DNA of 64,000 nt, from the NCBI GenBank assembly GCA_963771895.1, contig CAVYVQ010000043.1, positions 3,497 to 67,496 of the forward strand, in the 5' to 3' direction. Under the pieces are notes generated by a model. It saw nothing but the letters and a program-made list of their open reading frames with translations, ran no database searches and was not told the DNA's origin. This DNA is from an uncultured Acidobacteriaceae bacterium. GTDB lineage: Bacteria > Acidobacteriota > Terriglobia > Terriglobales > Acidobacteriaceae. Made by a program: the position numbers and the translations under genes. Of the stretch, positions 47,485-55,495 are shown piece after piece (position 1 is the stretch's first letter; every line of letters begins with the position of its first letter).

Positions 47485-48264
47485 GTGACCTATTGTTTGG
47501 GAATTGCGACGCGGGAGGGGCTGGTGCTGGCCTCCGATTCGAGGACTAATGCGGGTTTTGACCAGGTCAACACCTGCCGCAAGATGTTCCGGTTCGTTCA
47601 GCCCGGGGAACGGGTGTTTGTAATTCTGACCAGCGGAAGCCTCTCCATAAGCCAATCGGTGATCACTTTACTGGGCGATGATTTCGATTCCGGTCGAGGA
47701 CTTGCCGAAGCCAACTCTCTCTACGACGCGGCCCGCATTGTGGGCGACTGCGTCCGCAGAATCTCGGATATTGACCGCGCTTCGCTGGAGCGCGATTCCT
47801 TCAGCTTCAACGTTCATCTGCTGCTGGGAGGGCAGGTGCGGGGACAGGAGCCGAACCTGTATTTGATTTATCCCCAGGGAAATCCTCTCGCAGCCACCGA
47901 AGACTCGTTATACTTGCAACTGGGTGAGTGCAAGTACGGCCGGCCGATCCTCGACCGAGGTATCCAGGCCACAACCTCGCTGGAGGTAGCGGCGAAATAT
48001 GCTCTCCTCTCACTCGATGCGACCATGCGGTCGAACGTGACCGTGGGTCCTCCGTTCGATCTGTTGCTATACAAGAAAGATAGCTTAAAAATTACGCGGT
48101 ACCGGCGGGTCTCGGCCGGAGACAGGGATCTGAACCTGATCCACTCGAGTTGGCAGCAATCCCTTCGGCGGGCGGTCGAGCAGTTACCTGACATTGAATT
48201 CCAGTCTTCAGGCAACGAAAACCCCGCCGAAAGCGCCAGAGAAATCGCTCGATCAAGAGCGTAA
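47485..48264 (+). CDS. Anbu-type proteasome beta-subunit homologue (Ntn hydrolase)
   Basis: GTG 47485 lies 5 nt after GGGGA. The N-terminus (M)TYCLGIATREGLVLASDSRTNAG places Thr directly after the initiator. A proteasome-like fold pattern follows (VFVILTSGSLSISQ, LLLGGQVRGQEPNLYLIYPQGN). Confidence 0.75.
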   Translation: MTYCLGIATREGLVLASDSRTNAGFDQVNTCRKMFRFVQPGERVFVILTSGSLSISQSVITLLGDDFDSGRGLAEANSLYDAARIVGDCVRRISDIDRASLERDSFSFNVHLLLGGQVRGQEPNLYLIYPQGNPLAATEDSLYLQLGECKYGRPILDRGIQATTSLEVAAKYALLSLDATMRSNVTVGPPFDLLLYKKDSLKITRYRRVSAGDRDLNLIHSSWQQSLRRAVEQLPDIEFQSSGNENPAESAREIARSRA

Positions 48265-48371
48265 AGTCGTTGGACCGGTCCGCGCTGTTTCTTCAATCAC
48301 GCGGATCGTTTTTCCCGATCATCGATTCCCCGTTGAGTGCGCTATCCTAGCGGGGCGTCAAAGCGGCCGTT

Positions 48372-49844
48372 ATGATTATTGAAATGGATACAACCGATCG
48401 TAGCGGTGCAGAAGCCCTTCACCGGTACGAACTCGACGGCGCTTACGATGAGATGTACAGTTCCGTGGACCATCCCCGAAGACAATATCGTCCGCTCCAT
48501 AACCTGCTTTTGAACCTGGGACCGGACGAGTTACGCCGCAGTAAACACGAAGCTGATCAGTCGTTCTTCAACCAGGGAATTACTTTCACGGTTTATGGAA
48601 ATGACAAAGGCACGGAGCGGATTTTTCCTCACGACCTGCTGCCCCGGATCATTACGGCGACGGAATGGGAAAAAATCGAGCGCGGACTGACCCAGCGGAT
48701 CACGGCGCTGAATCTCTTCCTCAAGGATGTTTACCACGAAGGCAAAATCATTGCAGACGGGGTGGTGCCGGGCAGCATTATCTACACCTGCAGGCACTAC
48801 CGCCGGGAAATGCGCGGCATCAAGGTGCCCCGCGATGTTTACATCACGGTAGTCGGTACGGATCTGATACGAAATCCGGAAGGCAACTTTGTAGTTCTTG
48901 AAGACAATCTCCGCGTCCCCAGCGGCGTGTCTTACATGCTCACCAGCCGCAGAGTCATGAAGCAAATATTTCCCGGGCTGTTTCAAAAATGCCGCGTGCG
49001 GCCGATTGAGCAGTACAGCCAGGTGCTTCTATCGACCCTGCGGTCGCTGGCTCCGGAAGGCCGTTCCGAGCCGACCGTTGTTTTACTGACGCCCGGCTCC
49101 TACAACTCCGCTTATTTTGAGCATACGTACCTGGCGCGGCAAATGGGCATCGAACTCGTCGAGGGACGGGATCTGGTGGTCCACGACAATGTGGTTTATA
49201 TGCGAACCACCTTCGGCTTGCAGCGCGTGGACGTCATTTACCGGCGAATCGACGACGATTATCTCGATCCCCTGGTTTTCGAACACGGCTCCGCACTCGG
49301 TGCTGTGGGCTTGTTCAATGCCTATCGTGCCGGAAACGTAGCCTTTGCCAACGCGCTGGGAACGGGAGTCGCCGACGACAAGGCTATCTACGCGTATGTA
49401 CCGAAAATCATTCGCTATTATCTCGACCAGGACCCAATTCTGGAAGGCGTCGAAACGTTCTTGATGTCCGATCCGGGTCAACGTGACCACGTTTGCCAGC
49501 GGCTGGACGAATACGTGGTGAAAGCCGTGGGCGAGTCGGGCGGTTACGGTATGTTGATTGGTCCGCACAGCACGGAACAACAGCGCTCGGAATTTCGACA
49601 AATGATCTACGCGCAGCCGCGAAACTACATCGCGCAACCCACGATCAACCTTTCGACCGCCCCTTGTTTTGTGGATGGAACCATCGAACCGCGTCACGTC
49701 GATCTTCGGCCTTATGTCCTCTATGGGGAAAAAATCACGATTATTCCGGGCGGCCTGACGCGAGTGGCGCTGCGAAAGGGCTCCCTGGTGGTGAATTCGT
49801 CGCAAGGCGGAGGCTCGAAAGACACGTGGGTCTTGCAGAATTGA
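48372..49844 (+). CDS. circularly permuted type-2 ATP-grasp protein
   Basis: 490 aa with family-typical segments: [102 protein letters not shown]. Confidence 0.8.
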   Translation: MIIEMDTTDRSGAEALHRYELDGAYDEMYSSVDHPRRQYRPLHNLLLNLGPDELRRSKHEADQSFFNQGITFTVYGNDKGTERIFPHDLLPRIITATEWEKIERGLTQRITALNLFLKDVYHEGKIIADGVVPGSIIYTCRHYRREMRGIKVPRDVYITVVGTDLIRNPEGNFVVLEDNLRVPSGVSYMLTSRRVMKQIFPGLFQKCRVRPIEQYSQVLLSTLRSLAPEGRSEPTVVLLTPGSYNSAYFEHTYLARQMGIELVEGRDLVVHDNVVYMRTTFGLQRVDVIYRRIDDDYLDPLVFEHGSALGAVGLFNAYRAGNVAFANALGTGVADDKAIYAYVPKIIRYYLDQDPILEGVETFLMSDPGQRDHVCQRLDEYVVKAVGESGGYGMLIGPHSTEQQRSEFRQMIYAQPRNYIAQPTINLSTAPCFVDGTIEPRHVDLRPYVLYGEKITIIPGGLTRVALRKGSLVVNSSQGGGSKDTWVLQN

Positions 49845-49870
49845 GACTGAAGAATTGGGTGGCCGGATCC

Positions 49871-50803
49871 ATGCTTTCACGCGTAGCTGACAGTCTGTAC
49901 TGGATGAGCCGCTATTTCGAGCGGGCCGACAATGCCTCGCGTGTGCTCAAGGCGACTTACGGTCTGATTTTGAATCCCGCCAAGTTTTCCACGGAAGAGC
50001 GCTGGTTCCGCGCGGTTTGTTCGCTGGCTCCGGGGGCGGCGTCCAGCAACGTCGATCCGCAGCGGGCGTTATTCTCGCTGGTGGCGGATCCGGAAGGCGC
50101 GTTCTCGATTGTGAAATGCATAAGCGGGGCGCGCGAAAACGCCCGCCAGGTCCGCGAGGAAATCAGCTCGGAGATGTGGGAGCACCTGAATCGGCTCTTT
50201 CACGACGTGACCGGCTCCGAGTTGCAACCCAATGACGACGCTGGCGCGATGCGGGTGGTGAGCCTCGTTCACGAAGGGTCTTATCGATTTAGCGGTGTTA
50301 CTGCCGCGACCATGAATCACGACGAGGCCTGGCATTTTATCCAGCTCGGCAAGTATATCGAGAGGGCGTGCAATCTCTGCGTCTTGCTGGACGCTTATTT
50401 TGTGCCCGACAAGCATGCGGATGATTTGGATTGGGTGGGCCTATTAAGCAGTTGTGCCGCCTTTGAGGCTTATTGCAAGGCCTGCACGGCGGAACTCAGG
50501 CCGGAACGGATCGCGAATTTCCTCCTGCTAAAGCCGGAGTTCCCTTATTCAGTTCGTTATTCGCTGGACCGGATGCACGAGGCTCTGACTTCGATCAGCA
50601 ACCTTTCGCTGAGCCGCAGGACGGAACAGATCGAAAGGTTAATCGGCCGTTTGCGATCGATGGTGGCCTATGTGCAGGTCGCGGAAGTCATTCGCAATTT
50701 GCATAAATACCTTGCCGAAATTATCGAGCAGTGTCGCGCTTTACATGCGGCGGTGCACGAAGTGTATATCGACTATCCCATCGAGGTCGCTTTCGAAACC
50801 TAA
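49871..50803 (+). CDS. alpha-E domain protein (DUF403)
   Basis: MLSRVADSLYWMSRYFERADNASRVLKATYGL is the hallmark N-terminus. ~310 aa. Confidence 0.8.
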   Translation: MLSRVADSLYWMSRYFERADNASRVLKATYGLILNPAKFSTEERWFRAVCSLAPGAASSNVDPQRALFSLVADPEGAFSIVKCISGARENARQVREEISSEMWEHLNRLFHDVTGSELQPNDDAGAMRVVSLVHEGSYRFSGVTAATMNHDEAWHFIQLGKYIERACNLCVLLDAYFVPDKHADDLDWVGLLSSCAAFEAYCKACTAELRPERIANFLLLKPEFPYSVRYSLDRMHEALTSISNLSLSRRTEQIERLIGRLRSMVAYVQVAEVIRNLHKYLAEIIEQCRALHAAVHEVYIDYPIEVAFET

Positions 50804-51768
50804 TGTTCTACGCCATTCGCCATTTTACGCGCTATCGGTACAGCCATCTCGTCTGGCAGAGCATGATGGAAGTTCGCATGCACCCCAGAAGTGAAGGCAC
50901 CCAGCGCTGCTTTGTTTTTCAACTATCGGTTAATCCGCGCGCCCGCATTTTTGGCTATACCGATTCCTACGGCAATCTGGTACACCACTTCGACTTGCCG
51001 TCCCGCCATAGCCAACTCACGATTGTCACTGACGCTCTGGTAAATATTGAAGACCAGCCACGGGTTCCGGAATCCATGGAGTACGGAAGCTGGGGAGATT
51101 TAGAGGAACTCGTCGAGAAAAACGATTACTGGGACATGCTGATGCCCAGTCATTTTGCTCGCTCCTCGCCGGAGCTTGAAGATTTGGCAAGGGAGATCGG
51201 CGCGACGGAAAGAGATGGGCGAAGTCCTCTGGCATTCCTCATGGATATCACCTCCGGCGTGCATCGCAGTTTTAACTATGTCAAGAAAAGCACCGCGGTA
51301 AATTCTCCCATTGAGCACGCGCTTCGGTCACGGCAGGGCGTCTGTCAGGATTTTGCGCATATCATGATCGCACTCGTTCGAAACGCCAGAATCCCCTGCC
51401 GTTACGTCAGCGGATACTTTTACCACAACGCCGAAAATGCGCATCCCTTGGCGGATGGCGCGACACACGCCTGGGTGGAGGCCCTTCTGCCGGGCGTTGG
51501 CTGGGTAGGTTTTGATCCGACGACAAATCTGCTCGCCGACGGGCAGCATATTCGTACAGCGATCGGACGCGATTATGCCGACGTTCCACCCACCATGGGC
51601 GTGATGAAGGGAAAAGCCGATACGCAACTGCAGGTTCGAGTCCGGGTCACGCCGTCGCAAGCGGTGCTGCCGCCCGACGAGGAGTTTGCCGCCGACGAAG
51701 AGTGGTCCCAGTTTCTTGACGAAAACCAACAATCCCAATTGGTCGAGGTGCAGCAGCAACAACAGTGA
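50803..51768 (+). CDS. transglutaminase family protein with bacterial transglutaminase-like N-terminal region (paralogue 2)
   Basis: The ATG overlaps the alpha-E TAA by 1 nt. MFYAIRHFTRYRYSHLVWQSMMEVRMHP. Core GVCQDFAHIM, THAWVEALLPGVGWVGFDPT (Cys-His-Asp). Gln-rich tail. Confidence 0.85.
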   Translation: MFYAIRHFTRYRYSHLVWQSMMEVRMHPRSEGTQRCFVFQLSVNPRARIFGYTDSYGNLVHHFDLPSRHSQLTIVTDALVNIEDQPRVPESMEYGSWGDLEELVEKNDYWDMLMPSHFARSSPELEDLAREIGATERDGRSPLAFLMDITSGVHRSFNYVKKSTAVNSPIEHALRSRQGVCQDFAHIMIALVRNARIPCRYVSGYFYHNAENAHPLADGATHAWVEALLPGVGWVGFDPTTNLLADGQHIRTAIGRDYADVPPTMGVMKGKADTQLQVRVRVTPSQAVLPPDEEFAADEEWSQFLDENQQSQLVEVQQQQQ

Positions 51769-52278
51769 AAGCGTCCGCTGCCTCCGTCACAGTTCATCTG
51801 CGCCGGATTACCGAGTCATCCACGCCAAGCGGTTTAAGCAGTAGACCCACTGTTAAAAGTGGAACATCCGTTCCGCCGATGCCGTCGAAATTATCCTGCT
51901 TGACCTCGGGTCGCCGGACGCACAGGTACTTAGGCTTAAGAGTTTTCTGGAGAAGGGAGCCATCAGCAGCAGAGTCGCGATTTCCTCAAACGTGAAGCGG
52001 GCCACGGCCGCGAGCGCATAAGCGTCTCATCCTCAGGTTGGGCCGGCACGCGAGATGCGCTCTCCCTTTGTTTCGCAACTATTTCAAATTGGGCGGTTGT
52101 CCCGAGGTGGAACTTCCGGTTCGAGTTTCAGAATTTATCACGTCGGATCACCAGTATTTTCGATGCATACTGGCATTATCGCCAGTAGGCAACTGTCCCG
52201 GTATTTCACGCAAAGCACCAGCGCCCCTGCTCGAAGTGCAAACCCCGCACCTAAGTGCGCGGCACAAAGTCAGGTTAA

Positions 52279-54820
52279 ATGAAGACCGGATCCAGATTGG
52301 ATCGAAAAGTGCAACTCGCCTTCGGGTCCGCCATCGTGGTCCTCCTCGTGGTCGGCGCGATGTCGTATCGTGGCATCCAGGTGTCTGGTGAAAGCGATCG
52401 CTCGGTGCGGCATACCCACGAAGTCCTTGAGAGCCTTCAAGGTTTAATCTCCGCCACAGAGAGGGTCGAATCGAGCTACCGCGGATTCGTACTAACGGGC
52501 GAGGAATCCTACATTCGGTCCTACCGTGACAGCCTTGAGAGTGCCCAGCAGTACGAGACAGAGGTTCGCAGCCTGACGGTGGACAACCCCAGACAGCAGA
52601 ACCAGCTTCCGCAGGTCGAAACGCTGCAGGCGGAAAAGATCCAATTCGCGGAGATGGTCATCGGCCTGCGGCGGTCGACGGGTTTAGAGGCGGCGTCTGA
52701 TGCCATTCGCGAAACGGAACCAGCCAGCAGATTATGGCTAAGTTTCAAGAGCGGGTGAGCCAGATGCAGGATGAAGAGCTGCGACTGCTGGTGCTGCGCA
52801 ATGCGGAGGCGCAACGGCGGCTGCGCCAGAGCAAAATCGTTGTGTTTTTCGGAACTTTCCTGGGAGTGGTGATCGCCGCGGGAGCGGGTTGGACCGTGCG
52901 GCATGACTCCGCCGCTCGCGATCGCGCGGAAGAAGATCTGCGCGAAGGTAAGAAGAGCTTCAGCGCCCTCGTGAATAACATCTCTCAGTTGGCGTGGATG
53001 GCCGACGAGAAGGGATCCATCTTCTGGTACAACGACCGATGGTTTGACTACACCGGCACCACTCATGAGGAAATGGCCGGATGGGGCTGGAAAAGGGTGC
53101 ATCATCCGGACCACGTGGAGCGGGTTTTCGAGAAGATCACGCACTGTTTCCAGACGGGCGAGGTCTGGGAAGACACGTTTCCCCTGCGCGGCCAGGATGG
53201 CATCTACCGCTGGTTCCTGTCGCGCGCCGTTCCCATCCGCGACGCGAAGGGCAAGGTGTTGCGCTGGTTCGGCACCAACACCGACATCAGCGAGAGCAAG
53301 GAGTCGGGGGCGAAGTACCGCGGGTTACTCGAAGCGGCTCCCGATGCCATGGTGGTGGTGAACGTGGGCGGAGAGATCGTTTTGCTGAATGTTCAGGCGG
53401 AGAAAACCTTCGGATACAGCCGTGATGAGCTGGTGGGGCAGAAGGTGAAGAACATTATCCCCGAGGGCTTCGCGGAACGAATCATCGCTGACGGTACGCG
53501 AAGCGCGGCGGAGGCACTGGCGCAGCAGATCGGCACCGGAATCGAGCTCATCGGGCGGCGCAAAGACGGCGGCGAGTTTCCCATCGAGCTTATGCTGAGC
53601 CCGCTTGAAAGCCCTGAAGGAATTCTGGTGACAGCGGCGATTCGCGATATCAGCGTGCGCAAGGGAGCGGAAACGCATCTGGCGCAGATGGAAGGCCGGT
53701 ATCGCGGACTGCTCGAAGCCGCTCCCGATGCGATGGTAGTAGTCAACGTGGGCGGGGAAATCGTTCTTCTGAATGTTCAGGCAGAAAAAGAGTTTGGATA
53801 CAGCCGCGACGAGCTGGTGGGGCAGAAGGTGAAGAATATTATCCCCGAGGGCTTCGCGGAACGGATCATCGCCGACGGCCTTCGATCCGCAGAAGACGCG
53901 CTGGCCCAGCAGATCGGTACCGGGATCGAGTTAACTGGGCGGCGCAAAGATGGCAGCGAGTTCCCATCGAACTTATGCTGAGCCCGCTTGAAAGCCCCGA
54001 AGGAATTCTGGTGACGGCGGCGATTCGCGACATCAGCGCACGCAAGGGCGCGGAAGTCCATCTTCTGCGGAAGCTGGACGAATTGTACCGTTCCAATGAG
54101 GAGTTAGGGCAGTTCGCCTATATTGCCTCGCACGACTTGCAGGAACCGCTGCGCATGGTGGCCAGCTACACCCAGCTTCTGTCGCGGAAGTACAAGGGAA
54201 AGCTGGACGCCGAGGCCGACGAGTTTATTAATTTCGCAGTGGATGGGGCTAGCCGCATGCAGCGTCTGATCCAGGACCTGCTGGCCTTCTCGCGGGTGGG
54301 TACCAAGCGGAAGGATATGCGCGATACTTCCAGTGAGGAAGCGTTGCTCCAGGCACTTCGGAATCTGCGTGGTGCCGTCGAAGAGAGCGGTGCGCAGGTG
54401 ACCCGCGATTCCATGCCTCCCGTCCTGGCGGACGAGATGCAACTCACTCAGTTATTTCAGAACCTGATCGGCAACTCCATCAAATACCAGAGCGCCGGCA
54501 ACGTCCCCGTCGTACACATCTCCGCTGCGCGAAATGGCGAGGCGAAATGGATGTTTTCGGTAAAGGACAACGGACTGGGAATCGATCCGGAATACTTCGA
54601 AAAGATTTTTGGCATGTTTCAGCGTCTGCACAAACGGGAGGAGTTCGCCGGCACCGGCATAGGATTGGCCATCTGCAAGAAGATAGCCGAGCGGCACGGC
54701 ACCAGCATCTCGGTCGAGTCACAACTTGGGCAGGGCGCGACCTTTCGCTTTGCCCTGGAGGGAAGTGAGAAAAGATGCATAGCGGCGGATACACCTATGG
54801 AGGAGACATTATGCCCCTAG
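52279..54820 (+). CDS. CHASE3-TM-PAS-PAS-PAS sensor histidine kinase, two frame breaks
   Basis: CHASE3-like N-terminus (VRHTHEVLESLQGLISATERVESSYRGFVLTGEESYI). TM helix (IVVFFGTFLGVVIAAGAGW). Three PAS modules. HisKA (FAYIASHDLQEPLR) and HATPase (NLIGNSIKYQ, DNGLGIDPEY, GTGIGLAICKK). Frame switches are at the A-run 52712-52714 and at 53961-53965. Confidence 0.85.
53316..54063 (+). repeat. tandem direct duplication (2 x ~384 bp) encoding two near-identical PAS modules
   Basis: Copy 1 starts at 53316 (YRGLLEAAPDAMVVVNVGGEIVLLNVQAEKTFGYSRDELVGQKVKNIIPEGFAERIIADG...). Copy 2 starts at 53700 with the same sequence. Most nucleotide differences are synonymous. Confidence 0.9.
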
Positions 54821-55390
54821 AAGTCCTTTTGGTGGAAGACAGTTCCGGAGATGTCCGGCTCACGCAAGAGGTCTTTCACGCTGCGAATTTATCTGTCCGT
54901 TTGCACGTGGCAAACGATGGCGTTGAAGCCATGGCTTTTCTGAGGCGTGAGGGGGCTTACGCCGATGCTCCCTCGCCCGGATCTTACCTTGCTGGACCTG
55001 AATATGCCTAGAATGGACGGCCGTGAGATTTCGGCTCAAATCAGGCAAGATGAGAAGCTGAAAACGATTCCTATCGCGATCCTGACCACATCCGAGTCGG
55101 AAACGGACATCGCAAAGAGCTATCAACTGCATGTGAATTGCTATCTCTGCAAGCCCGTACTCCTCGCAGTTCTATACCCTGTTCCCGGATACTTTCCATC
55201 TGCACCGTCGCGACTGCTTTCGGCCAGCCGTATGAGCAGAATCAGTAATTTCGATTGGACGGATTGGGCGTGCGCCTTTAAAGTTGTTCTAGGGGAAACA
55301 GGTGTGCGCGAAGCGACGCGATGCGATTTGTGGAAGTCGTGTTTTGTTCGGATTCTGGCTCGCCTTGTTGAAGCCTCGTCTGGCTGGTAA
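54811..55390 (+). CDS. CheY-like single-domain response regulator (Rcp1-like), one frame break, 3' end uncertain
   Basis: ATG 54811 follows GGAGGAG and overlaps the kinase stop. MPLEVLLVEDSSGDVRLTQEVF..GVEAMAFLRREGAYADAP, then the next frame reads RPDLTLLDLNMPRMDGREI..IPIAILTTSESETDIAKSYQLHVNCYLCKPV. The frame switch is at 54970-54973. The ORF runs on to 55390 with an atypical tail. Confidence 0.8.
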
Positions 55391-55495
55391 CCGCGCCAGA
55401 TCGAACATCGGGCGCCAAGTGGATGATGACAAGATAGATGCTCTGATCGAATGGTGTGAAAAGTTCCGCTTCAAGAACCACGGAGTCCGAATAGA

